From the NCBI GenBank assembly GCA_011087645.1, contig JAALLF010000009.1, positions 51,348 through 115,347 on the forward strand: DNA of 64,000 nt, read 5' to 3'. Positions 36,310 through 45,443 of the stretch are shown one piece after another (the stretch's first letter is position 1; every line of letters starts with the position of its first letter). The notes beneath the pieces were generated by a model. That model worked only from the letters and a program-made list of their open reading frames with translations, was not told the DNA's origin and did not search any database. This DNA is from Alphaproteobacteria bacterium (lineage in GTDB: Bacteria > Pseudomonadota > Alphaproteobacteria > UBA6615). A program made the position numbers and the translations under genes.

Positions 36310-36783
36310 ATGAACGCCCGAAAAATCTTACTAAGACCGACCCTACTCGCGACCGCCGCGGTATTCACCGTCGGCCTCGCTCTGTCCTCCACCGCCTTGG
36401 CGCAGGATAAATCGCTTTATGAACGCCTGGGCGGCTACGACGCAATTTCAGCCGTGGTCGACGATTTCGCTCCCAAGTTGTTCTCCGACCCGGTCGTCGG
36501 CAAACGCTTCTTCGGCATGAGCGATGATTCGCGCGAGGGCTTTCGGCAAAAAAATAAAAACCTTGTCTGTATCGCCACCGGCGGTCCCTGCAAGGTCATC
36601 AGCCGCCCGGCCAAGGTGACCCACGGCGGGCTCGGCATTAAGGCCTCGGAGTTCAACATCGTGGTCAATCACCTGGTCGACTCTCTCGATAAATTCCAAG
36701 TCCCGGCGAAAGAGCAAAAGGAGCTCTTGGCCATCGTCGGCAGTCTGCGGCCCGATATCGTCGAGGTTGAAGACGGCAGCTAG
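36310..36783 (+). CDS. group-1 truncated haemoglobin-like protein with N-terminal signal peptide
   Basis: [19 protein letters not shown] (trHb Gly-Gly plus B-helix), IATGGP, and the proximal-His context VTHGGLGI. These follow [31 protein letters not shown]. Confidence 0.7.
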   Translation: MNARKILLRPTLLATAAVFTVGLALSSTALAQDKSLYERLGGYDAISAVVDDFAPKLFSDPVVGKRFFGMSDDSREGFRQKNKNLVCIATGGPCKVISRPAKVTHGGLGIKASEFNIVVNHLVDSLDKFQVPAKEQKELLAIVGSLRPDIVEVEDGS

Positions 36784-36853
36784 CACGTTTCCATCCAACG
36801 GGGCCGCGGCTGGCGTCGCGGCCCCTATTCTCTCGCACCAACAGGGGGCCGCC

Positions 36854-38065
36854 ATGCACTACAATCGTTTCTTCGCCGATCATATTCATGAACTTCGCCA
36901 AGAAGGACGTTACCGCGTCTTTGCCGACCTGGAGCGCCAAGCCGGTAACTACCCGACGGCCAGCTATCATTGCGACGACAGCCTCGACGATGTCACCGTT
37001 TGGTGCAGCAACGATTATCTGGGCATGGGCCAAAACCGCGACGTCCTGGCCGCCATGACCAAAGCCATGCACGCGTGTGGCGCCGGCGCCGGCGGCACCC
37101 GCAACATCTCCGGCACCAGCCACTATCATGTCTTGCTGGAACGCGAGATCGCCGACCTCCACTATAAAGAATCAGCGCTGCTGTTCACCTCCGGCTATGT
37201 CGCCAATATGACAGCGCTAAGTACCCTGTCGGCACAGCTGCCCAATTGCGTCGTGCTGTCCGACGCCCATAACCACGCCTCGATGATCGAAGGCATTCGC
37301 CACGGCCGCGCGGAAAAACTCATTTTCCGCCACAACGACCCCGACGACCTGGATCGCCTGTTGCGTCGGATCGATCCGGGCCGGCCCAAACTCGTGGTCT
37401 TCGAATCGGTCTATTCGATGGACGGCGATATCGCACCGATCGCCGAAATCTGCGATGTCGCCCAGAACCACGACGCCCTGACCTATCTCGATGAAGTCCA
37501 TGCCGTTGGCATGTACGGCGAGACCGGCGCCGGCATCGCCCAACGCGACGGCGTCGCCGACAGGGTCGATGTAATCCAAGGCACATTGGCAAAGGCGTTT
37601 GGCGTCATGGGCGGTTATATCGCGGCCTCAACCAACCTAGTCGACTTCGTGCGGTCCTGCGGTTCCGGGTTTATTTTCACCACAGCGCTGCCGCCGTCCC
37701 TGGCGGCCGGGGCGCTGGCCAGCGTTCGGTTGCTGAAAGAAAATCCGACGATCCGCGAACGCCACCAAGAACGGGCACAACGCGTGAAGACGGTTCTTAC
37801 AGCTTCCTCGATCCCGGTGCTGCCATCGTCGTCGCATATTGTGCCGGTGCTGGTCGGCGACGCTGAACTGTGCAAACAAATCAGCGACGATTTACTGGCC
37901 GAGCATAGGATCTACGTGCAACCCATTAACTACCCGACGGTGCCCCGGGGCACCGAGCGCCTGCGCCTCACCCCGACACCGCTCCATGACGACGCCGCGA
38001 TTGACCGGCTGGCGGCAGCGCTGACGGAAGTGTGGGAACGCCATCGCCTTCCGTTAGCGGCGTAA
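36854..38065 (+). CDS. hemA: 5-aminolevulinate synthase
   Basis: [38 protein letters not shown], and the PLP-lysine motif GTLAKAFG. About 400 aa. Confidence 0.9.
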   Translation: MHYNRFFADHIHELRQEGRYRVFADLERQAGNYPTASYHCDDSLDDVTVWCSNDYLGMGQNRDVLAAMTKAMHACGAGAGGTRNISGTSHYHVLLEREIADLHYKESALLFTSGYVANMTALSTLSAQLPNCVVLSDAHNHASMIEGIRHGRAEKLIFRHNDPDDLDRLLRRIDPGRPKLVVFESVYSMDGDIAPIAEICDVAQNHDALTYLDEVHAVGMYGETGAGIAQRDGVADRVDVIQGTLAKAFGVMGGYIAASTNLVDFVRSCGSGFIFTTALPPSLAAGALASVRLLKENPTIRERHQERAQRVKTVLTASSIPVLPSSSHIVPVLVGDAELCKQISDDLLAEHRIYVQPINYPTVPRGTERLRLTPTPLHDDAAIDRLAAALTEVWERHRLPLAA

Positions 38066-38066
38066 A

Positions 38067-39134
38067 TCACGCCTCGACTTCGTTGTTCTCGCGGGTCTTT
38101 AGCTTGCCGTAATGAGTATAGGAATTCTTCATATACCAGTCGAAAAACTCCCAATAAGTCTGCGTGGGGAATTGCGGCGGGTTGTCCGCATCGGTGCAAG
38201 TCGCCAGGCATTCTCCCACCGTGTCGAAGCCGGGATTGACGAAACAGGCGAAAGAATAGCGGTCATTCTCGCGCGGCGGCACGACGCGGTGCGGCGTCGC
38301 GCGAAACCGCTTGTTGGTCCAGCGCTCGAGGAACATGCCCATATTGACGATAATCGCGCCCTCGGGCAGCTCGGGCCAAAACCAGGTTTCGTTATCAGTG
38401 TCGAGAATCTGTAGACCCTCTTCATTGGCCGGCGGCAGATAGGTGTTGAAGCCGGTATCGCAATGGGCGTTCGAGCCCATCTCGCCATCGTCGAGATCGT
38501 TCTTCGGCGGATATTTGGCGACGCGGAAATAAGTATAGCTGCGCTCGAAAAAGGGATTGAAGAAATCGGCCTCGAGCCCAAGCGAGCGCGCCCAAACCGG
38601 CAGCAGCGATTTACCGAGCCCAGTGATTGCCGCCATATAATCCTCGCAGGCGGCGCGAAACCCCGGCAGTGCGTCTTCGGGTAGCCACGGGGTATGGCCG
38701 TAGAAACGCTTGCCCTCGACCACATTGGCATCGTCGGCGGGATAGTCCGTGGCCAACACCAAACACTCCACGGTGTTGAGTTTCTTGCTCTTATGGAACT
38801 TGGAATGGGTGGTCAGACCGCCGCGCGCCGGCACATAGCCTTTCTGGTCGTGGGTCACGGCGACCGACATCTTGGTCTCCAGCGGCAGATCGTGGAACCG
38901 CTTGGCGGTCGCGGTCATACCGTCGATTTTCGACTGCGGGATACCGTGATTGACGATGCACAGAAAGCCCAGCGTCTCCCAGACGTCGCGCCACTGCTTA
39001 GCCACTTCCTCAATGGCCTCGGCGTCGCCCAACCGGGCGCGGCCGACATCGATCACCGGCAAGGGCTTGCGCGGCAAATCGCGCGCGCTGCGGGCGAAGG
39101 CGGATTCGGCAGGGGTATCGGCTGTAGCGGTCAT
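38067..39134 (-). CDS. 2OG-Fe(II) oxygenase (isopenicillin-N-synthase family)
   Basis: HxD (NAHCDTG) plus distal His/Arg (RFRATPHRV) and the WTNKRF motif. Confidence 0.8.
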   Translation of the reverse strand: MTATADTPAESAFARSARDLPRKPLPVIDVGRARLGDAEAIEEVAKQWRDVWETLGFLCIVNHGIPQSKIDGMTATAKRFHDLPLETKMSVAVTHDQKGYVPARGGLTTHSKFHKSKKLNTVECLVLATDYPADDANVVEGKRFYGHTPWLPEDALPGFRAACEDYMAAITGLGKSLLPVWARSLGLEADFFNPFFERSYTYFRVAKYPPKNDLDDGEMGSNAHCDTGFNTYLPPANEEGLQILDTDNETWFWPELPEGAIIVNMGMFLERWTNKRFRATPHRVVPPRENDRYSFACFVNPGFDTVGECLATCTDADNPPQFPTQTYWEFFDWYMKNSYTHYGKLKTRENNEVEA

Positions 39135-39194
39135 GACGGCTTCTCGTTGGCGCTCAGGGGTCCATGCATTATAGCGCAGATGGGCTCTTTCCGC

Positions 39195-40226
39195 TCAGCC
39201 GTCCACAAAGCCGCCCGCGCCGTCGACGAAGAGCGGGTCGAGTTCAGGAATTCGGCTAATCAGCTTTTGTTCGTGCAGATAGCGCCATAGGGTTTCGACG
39301 ATCTCGCGGTTCTTGTCGGTCAGGCCGAAGGGAACCGGATCGTCGTCGGTGGTATCGCCCCAAGGGTTGAGATTTCCGCCCTCGGCGTAGAATTGTTTCT
39401 TGCTGGCGCAGCACGCCTCAAAAATTGCCCGGGGCGCGGCTGGATATTGCGCCAGACAGCTCTCATGGATCACCACCGCATGGTTCAGCGGATAGATCCC
39501 GGTGCGGGCAAAATAGCCGCGCTCGGCGGCTTCGGTGTCGGGCATTAAGGGCCGAAGCTGTTGTTCATCCGCCGGCTTCTTGCTGTCTTCAGTGCGTGGC
39601 GACAAGAAGGCGTCGATCTCGCCGTCGATCACCAACTGTTCCAGGTCGCCCTCGACCATACTGACCGCCGCTTCCTCCGGCGGCACGAACCGCCGCTTGG
39701 TGCCGGTGACCCATTTCAGGTCGGACCAATGCAGATCGTATTCATCGATCATGGTGCCGCGCCACCAAACGCCGGCGGTTTGGGTGAATTCCAAAGCGCC
39801 AATGCTCTTACCAGGCAAATCCGAGGGATGTGTCAGATCGCTATCGCGACGCACATAGAGCGAGCCGTGCCGGAAGGCGCGGTTGAGGAACACCGGGATC
39901 GCGGACATCCACTCCACCCCGCGATCGCGCATCATGGTGTAGTTGGCCAGCGAAAATTCGTTGGCCTGGAAAGGTTGATTTTCCAGCACGGCCGTGAATG
40001 CCTGGGTCGGTCCCACGGCCATGTATTGGATATCAATGCCGTCGCGCGCGCCCGACACGTGGCTAAAAAACGGCCATTCATGGCCCACAAACTCGATCAT
40101 CGCCTCGCCTACCCCATCCGGCATTGTCCGCCCTTCCCTTCTATCGACTATAAAACTGGCCGAATAATAGTCCCGAACCCCGGCGAAAGTAATCCGCGGG
40201 AGCGTTGCTATGTCTCCAATGTACAC
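39195..40226 (-). CDS. 4,5-dihydroxyphthalate-decarboxylase-like (PBP-fold) protein
   Basis: FSLANYTMMRDRGVEWMSAIPVFLNRAFRHGSLYVRRDS...PGKSIGALEFTQTAGVWWRGTMIDEY resembles the PhtD family pattern. Confidence 0.55.
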   Translation of the reverse strand: MYIGDIATLPRITFAGVRDYYSASFIVDRREGRTMPDGVGEAMIEFVGHEWPFFSHVSGARDGIDIQYMAVGPTQAFTAVLENQPFQANEFSLANYTMMRDRGVEWMSAIPVFLNRAFRHGSLYVRRDSDLTHPSDLPGKSIGALEFTQTAGVWWRGTMIDEYDLHWSDLKWVTGTKRRFVPPEEAAVSMVEGDLEQLVIDGEIDAFLSPRTEDSKKPADEQQLRPLMPDTEAAERGYFARTGIYPLNHAVVIHESCLAQYPAAPRAIFEACCASKKQFYAEGGNLNPWGDTTDDDPVPFGLTDKNREIVETLWRYLHEQKLISRIPELDPLFVDGAGGFVDG

Positions 40227-40287
40227 TTTCCTTGCCGGCGTAAAGTGGCTTGAACCTCAGCTTCCCTGATTTAGAGTGGCAATCGTT

Positions 40288-40821
40288 ATGTCTGACCTAA
40301 TCGCCCTGCACCAAGCCTATGAACGCGGCGACCTGGAAGCCGTCAAAGCCGGCCTGGGAAACCCGCCGGATTTCCCCAACTGCCGCGGCCCGGTGGCGGT
40401 CGGCGAGATCGTCCTGGAATACGCCATCTATCACAGCCCGCTGGCGTTCATCCGCACCTTGCTGGAGATGGGCGCCGATGCCAATTACGGCGACCATGCC
40501 GGGTTTCCATCGCTGATCGCCGCGCTGACCTGCGCCGACCGGGACGATATGTACGAAATTTTAGAGCTGCTGCTGGCCCACGGCGCCGACATCCAGCAAC
40601 GCGGCTTCAACGACTACACGCCGCTCCATTGGGCGGTCGCCGACGGCAACATCACGGCGGTGGAATTTCTGCTGGCGCGCGGCGCCGATCCGAGCGCGCG
40701 CACAACCATCGACGATTGCGCCACCCCGCTCGAGGAAGCCGAAATCCTCGGCCTCACCGAAATGGCGGCGGCCCTGCGGAAGCTCATTGCCGCCGGGTCG
40801 AAAATCTCACCTACCAAATAA
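40288..40821 (+). CDS. ankyrin-repeat protein
   Basis: Repeats such as TPLHWAVADGNITAVEFLLARGADPSA and LELLLAHGADIQQ. No signal peptide. Confidence 0.75.
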   Translation: MSDLIALHQAYERGDLEAVKAGLGNPPDFPNCRGPVAVGEIVLEYAIYHSPLAFIRTLLEMGADANYGDHAGFPSLIAALTCADRDDMYEILELLLAHGADIQQRGFNDYTPLHWAVADGNITAVEFLLARGADPSARTTIDDCATPLEEAEILGLTEMAAALRKLIAAGSKISPTK

Positions 40822-42858
40822 TTTATTCAGCCCACCCAACGGGTTATCTGAGGTTGTTGAACTATCGTCACCGGAACTGTCAGTGCCGGGAATGACGCTC
40901 TTAAGAGCATCCAAGGGACTGTCGCCGCTGGCCCCATCGGTGCCGGGGATCGCGCCCTTCAGGCCCTCAAGCGCCTTCGACGGGTCCTTGATCAACTCAT
41001 CGACGGCGCCCGTCAGATCCGGCGCGAATGCCAGATTATCCCACGGTCCGGTGATCTTTACCGGCACAGATATTCCGGCCGCCTGTGCGTCGCCGCCTTG
41101 ACCTTCTGTGGAGGCTACCACCTTTGGCGTCACCAGATAGTCGACCATGCGCTTGGGCATATCCGACGTGCCCTTGCCATCGACGCGCAACAGCGGCGAT
41201 TTCAAGAACAAATCGTCATTTTTCACGATGCCGTTGGTAATGGTGTAAGTGCCCGCCAGTTCGGCGAAATCGGTCTTCTGGGTTTCCTTCGCCGAGGAAT
41301 CGAGAAACGCGCTGGAGATGTTACGCATCATCGCCGCCAAATTGATCCCGCGGACGGCGCCGTCGAGAAACTGAATGCTGCCGTTACCGTTGAGCGCCGA
41401 CACCAGTTGGCGCTGGGACGCGCCACGGGTGGTCACGTCGGCAACGATATTGGCGGTGCCTTCGATGCGTTCGAATTTCGCCGCGTCGGTCAGCAGCGGC
41501 GCCGCCTGAACGCCTTTCAAATCGAGTTTCTGCGTAATCGAGTTGCGCCCGGCATCGACCGTGATGCGGCCGGTGCCGTTGCCGTCGTAAAGCGCCATCT
41601 CATTAAGATCGAGGGCCAGCTTGCCGCCGATAAGGACAGTCTTCAGCGCGGTCTTGCCAACCTTGATATCCTTGACCGTGAGGCCGCCGGTGACGAAGCT
41701 TAGATCGGCGTTGACCAATCTCAGCGCGGAAAAGTCGATCGGGTCGTCGCTCCAGTCGCTTGGGCCCGCCGCCGCGCCACCTGCGGGGGCGCTGCCGCCG
41801 GAAGACGCCGCCGGTTTATCGCTCGCCGGCGGCAGATAGGTGTTCAAATCGATCTTGTCGACGTCCAGGGACGCGACGATTGACGGCACGCTGCCGCTGG
41901 TGTCGACCTCGAAATCGCCCTTCGCATTCATATTGTCGATGGCGATTTCAGCGCCCTTGAAGGCAACGCTCTTGCCCGCCATGTCCAGCGTGCCCTTGAT
42001 CGACAGCGGCCCCAAGCCCCCGCCGGCGGCCTCGATGGGCTTGCCGGCCCACGCCGCCAAACCGCGGATCGAGGGCACATCCAACGTAACATCACCGGCC
42101 ACCGCGACCGGCTTGGCGTTGGTGATGGACCCCTTATAGTCGAGCGAGACCGGGTTCGCCTTGATCGAGGTTTCCACGCCGGTCGAAGCGCCTTCCATCA
42201 GCGCGCGGGGCTGGTCCACTTTCAAGGTCAGTTCGATGGTTTCGCCGTTCCAGGCCAGGGAACCGTCGGCGGACATCGCCTGGTCGAGGCTCGGCAGATT
42301 GATATTGGCGTTGATCGCCTGAATTTCCTGGCTGGTGCCGGCTTGCGCATCGGCAAACCGCACCGTGCCGTTGACCAGCCGCACATCGCCCAGGCTGATT
42401 TCGCGCAGGCCGCCGCCATCGCCGCCGTCGCTGTCCGAGCTTTTTTCGCCGCCGTCGTCAGAGGCTTCTTTTTCCTCGAACTGCCAGTTCGGCTTGCCGT
42501 TGGCATCAACCTCCAGATTGATCACCGGATCGATCAGCACGAACGACGAGACTTCCACCTGACCGCTGAGCAGCGGGAACAGCGAGACGCCGACTTCCAA
42601 TTCGGCAAGCTCCAGCATATTGGTCTGCTTGGCCCCGGCCGCGTTGGCGAAGGTCACGTCGCCGGCCTTGAGCCGAACCTTGGGCAGGATCGACAGGTCG
42701 AAATCGCCGGCGATCGTCAGCTCACGGCCCGTCGCATCTTTGGCGCGGGTGGTTATTTGCTCCTTCACCGTGTCCAACGGAATGAAAAATGGCGCAATCA
42801 CCGCCGCTCCAACAACGAGCACGACCAAAACTACTATGCCTATTAGGATTTTTTTCAT
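40807..42858 (-). CDS. AsmA family protein
   Basis: N-terminal anchor MKKILIGIVVLVVLVVGAAVIAPFFIP, then long beta-rich repeats typical of AsmA/TamB-like proteins. Confidence 0.8.
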   Translation of the reverse strand: MKKILIGIVVLVVLVVGAAVIAPFFIPLDTVKEQITTRAKDATGRELTIAGDFDLSILPKVRLKAGDVTFANAAGAKQTNMLELAELEVGVSLFPLLSGQVEVSSFVLIDPVINLEVDANGKPNWQFEEKEASDDGGEKSSDSDGGDGGGLREISLGDVRLVNGTVRFADAQAGTSQEIQAINANINLPSLDQAMSADGSLAWNGETIELTLKVDQPRALMEGASTGVETSIKANPVSLDYKGSITNAKPVAVAGDVTLDVPSIRGLAAWAGKPIEAAGGGLGPLSIKGTLDMAGKSVAFKGAEIAIDNMNAKGDFEVDTSGSVPSIVASLDVDKIDLNTYLPPASDKPAASSGGSAPAGGAAAGPSDWSDDPIDFSALRLVNADLSFVTGGLTVKDIKVGKTALKTVLIGGKLALDLNEMALYDGNGTGRITVDAGRNSITQKLDLKGVQAAPLLTDAAKFERIEGTANIVADVTTRGASQRQLVSALNGNGSIQFLDGAVRGINLAAMMRNISSAFLDSSAKETQKTDFAELAGTYTITNGIVKNDDLFLKSPLLRVDGKGTSDMPKRMVDYLVTPKVVASTEGQGGDAQAAGISVPVKITGPWDNLAFAPDLTGAVDELIKDPSKALEGLKGAIPGTDGASGDSPLDALKSVIPGTDSSGDDSSTTSDNPLGGLNKLFGR

Positions 42859-43057
42859 CGGACCAACTTTCGCTTTCAGGCCTTCGCCAAGTTATGTGAT
42901 TGATCATCACGCCGGCTGAGGCGGAATATGTCGCAAAAGTGTGCCATATCGGCCAACGCGCAGCCAGAGAGTCGGCGCGCATTTTCTCTAGCGCCACATT
43001 GTGTCAATTTGGTGTCAGAATCGCCCGCCCTTAACTGACATTTGTGAAGAATTGGCC

Positions 43058-44392
43058 ATGACTAACACCCCAGAAATCGCGGATACCGCGACCCGCTACG
43101 TCCAATCGCCGGGCCACATCGCCGAACTGGCCGGCCAAATTCGCGCGGGCGAGATCAGCCCAGCCGAGCTGGTGCAGCGCTATCTCGACCGGATCGCCGA
43201 GAGCGACCCCGCCGTGTGCGCCTGGCTATCGGTCGATGGCGACGGCGCCATGGCGGTGGCCGAACAATTGGGGCAGGAAGCCCAGGCCGGCAATTTCCGC
43301 GGCGCCCTGCACGGCGTCCCCATCGGCATCAAAGACCTCATCGACGTCGCCGGCTGGCCGACCAAATGCAACAGCGGCACCCGCCGCAATGCGCCGCCGG
43401 CAACCGCCGATGCCGAGATCGTCGCCGCGCTGCGCGCCGCCGGCGCGATTATCCTCGGTAAATGCCACACCACCGAGTTCGCCTATTTCCATCCCTCGCC
43501 GGCGCGCAACCCCCACAATATCAACCACACACCGGGCGGCTCGAGCAGCGGCCCGGCGGCAGCGGTCGCGTCGGGCACGGTACCCGGCGCGCTCGGCACC
43601 CAAACCATCGCCTCGGTCAATCGCCCGGCGGCCTATTGCGGCATCGGCGGCTTCAAGCCCAGCACCGGCGTCGGCACCGCCTACGGAGTGACGCCGCTGG
43701 CGCCACTGTTCGACACGGTGGGTTTCTATGGTGAGACGGTGGCCGACGCGGTGGCGTTATTCGAGGCCACCTGTCCGGCCTATATGGCGCCGCCGGCAAT
43801 CGATCAGGCTGCCGATCTTCGCGTCATCGTGTTGGAAGACCCGTTCTTCGACTTGGCCGACCCGGAGATTCTGGCCGCACGGGACACGGTTGCGGGCCAG
43901 ATGTCGGCGGCCGGCCACGAGGTCGTGCATCTATCTTCGCCGGTCCCCCTCGAAGCCTTATGCAAACAGCAAATGCGCGCCGCCGAGTTCGAACTAGCGC
44001 GTGTCCATGCCGGCTTGCTCGGTCACCCCGCCGATGACGTTAGCGCCAAACTGCGAGAGGCCATCGGGCGCGCCGGCGATTGCAGCGAGGACGCGTATCT
44101 CGCCGGCCGGCGTGAGATGGCCCGAGCGCGTGAAACATTTTTCGCCGACATAGCGAGCGCCGACGCCGTGTTGGTGCCAGCAGCGCCGCAAACGGCGCCT
44201 GAAGGTTTGGACTGGACCGGCGATCCGCGCTTCATCGCTCCGTGGACGGCGCTTGGCGGACCGGGTGCTTCGCTGCCGTCGGGGGTCGGAAAATCCGGCT
44301 TGCCGATCGGTTGCATGCTGGCCGGCCGGCCCGGCGAAGACCGCGGCTTCGCCCGTCTATCGTGCCGTCTTGCAGAAGCTGTTAACGGTTAA
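43058..44392 (+). CDS. amidase (amidase-signature family)
   Basis: GGSSSGPAAAVASG signature and GIKDLIDV (catalytic Lys). Confidence 0.85.
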   Translation: MTNTPEIADTATRYVQSPGHIAELAGQIRAGEISPAELVQRYLDRIAESDPAVCAWLSVDGDGAMAVAEQLGQEAQAGNFRGALHGVPIGIKDLIDVAGWPTKCNSGTRRNAPPATADAEIVAALRAAGAIILGKCHTTEFAYFHPSPARNPHNINHTPGGSSSGPAAAVASGTVPGALGTQTIASVNRPAAYCGIGGFKPSTGVGTAYGVTPLAPLFDTVGFYGETVADAVALFEATCPAYMAPPAIDQAADLRVIVLEDPFFDLADPEILAARDTVAGQMSAAGHEVVHLSSPVPLEALCKQQMRAAEFELARVHAGLLGHPADDVSAKLREAIGRAGDCSEDAYLAGRREMARARETFFADIASADAVLVPAAPQTAPEGLDWTGDPRFIAPWTALGGPGASLPSGVGKSGLPIGCMLAGRPGEDRGFARLSCRLAEAVNG

Positions 44393-44417
44393 GCTAAGAG
44401 TTCGGGCGGGGCAATGT

Positions 44418-44556
44418 CCCTCTCCCCTTGGCAGAGGGGTTGGGGTGAGGGGAAATAATTCCACCACTTCCTGTACCTAATCAGCGCAATCTGTGAGGAC
44501 TTGTTTTCCCCTCACCCGCTCGCTTTGCTCGCCACCCTCTCCCGGTGGGAGAGGGT
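44418..44556. repeat. cluster of REP-like GC-rich palindromes
   Basis: CCCTCT/AGAGGG (44418-44438). GGGTGAGGGGAAA (44443-44455) pairs with TTTCCCCTCACCC (44506-44518). ACCCTCTCCC-ggt-GGGAGAGGGT (44534-44556). Confidence 0.65.
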
Positions 44557-44563
44557 CTTCGAT

Positions 44564-45391
44564 TTAGATGCCCTTTTCCTCACCGTGCACGTGGTAGGAG
44601 ATGTCGCGCGACGGCGGCCGCCCCTTAATGTCAGCGCCGGTTGGCAACCAGGCGCACGGATTAGCGCCGGGCGCCCAAACCGTCTTGCAGCTGCCGGGCA
44701 CGAAGAACTCGACGAAGACGATCTCGCCGTCACTGTCATTACGGAAAGAATGAACCTCGTGCTCGTAATTGTAGAGCACATCGCCAGCGCTCAGTGTGCT
44801 GGTCTCGCCGTCGAGCAACGCCGTAACGGTACCGGAGAGAAGGTACTGAAAATGTTCGGCCCCCTCATGGTGGTGCGCCGGCGCCTCGGTGCCGACCGGG
44901 TAGCGGATCATCTCGCCGCGATAGGCGCCGGTGCCGGTCAACGTGCGGGTCGCCATATAGATGCGCGTGCGCTCGTCATGCTCTGATTGCAGCACCGGCT
45001 CGTGGGACCAATCCGTCGTCCTTACCTCCGCCGGCGTATCGGCAACGTCGGGGTCGAACCGGGCGGCCTCGGGCACCGTCGCCATCAAAAGCCGGGTGTC
45101 ATCGGCTGCAGCGCTGAAGCTGCCGGCATAGCCCAGAGGCAGATAGGTCACACCGTTGGGCTCCAGCGCCTGGTCAGAGCCGGTCAGCGAACCCGAACCG
45201 TCGACAATCTGCAGCCAACCAAACATATCGTCGCTCAACGCTAAATCGAAAGCGGCCCCGCTCTCAAACGTTATGAGATCGAGCAAAACATTGTCCGAGC
45301 CGGTATTTTCCGGCGATAGCAGCGATTGCCTGGAAACTCCGGAACCAACCGGCTGGGCCGCGACTTCCGCGCCGCGAACAATGATGGGCAT
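44564..45391 (-). CDS. bicupin-domain protein
   Basis: The second cupin carries APAHHHEGAEHFQYLLSG. I prefer ATG 45391 behind AAGGAA over TTG 45406. Confidence 0.65.
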   Translation of the reverse strand: MPIIVRGAEVAAQPVGSGVSRQSLLSPENTGSDNVLLDLITFESGAAFDLALSDDMFGWLQIVDGSGSLTGSDQALEPNGVTYLPLGYAGSFSAAADDTRLLMATVPEAARFDPDVADTPAEVRTTDWSHEPVLQSEHDERTRIYMATRTLTGTGAYRGEMIRYPVGTEAPAHHHEGAEHFQYLLSGTVTALLDGETSTLSAGDVLYNYEHEVHSFRNDSDGEIVFVEFFVPGSCKTVWAPGANPCAWLPTGADIKGRPPSRDISYHVHGEEKGI

Positions 45392-45443
45392 GACGTTTTC
45401 CTTCAAACAGTTCCGATATTGATCTCAATATGCCATCGCCCGC

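Noticed and set aside
35864-36853. FixK/FNR-type anaerobox upstream of the globin or hemA; CtrA-type TTAA-N7-TTAA near flp (3100-3290)
   Set aside because: I scanned by eye for TTGAT-N4-ATCAA and TTAA-N7-TTAA. I found only partial half-sites, nothing I could defend.
23126-44556. Recurrent GC-rich palindromes as a possible CRISPR array
   Set aside because: The copies are scattered (23.1, 26.5 and 44.4 kb), imperfect and inverted rather than direct. There are no regularly sized spacers and no cas genes.
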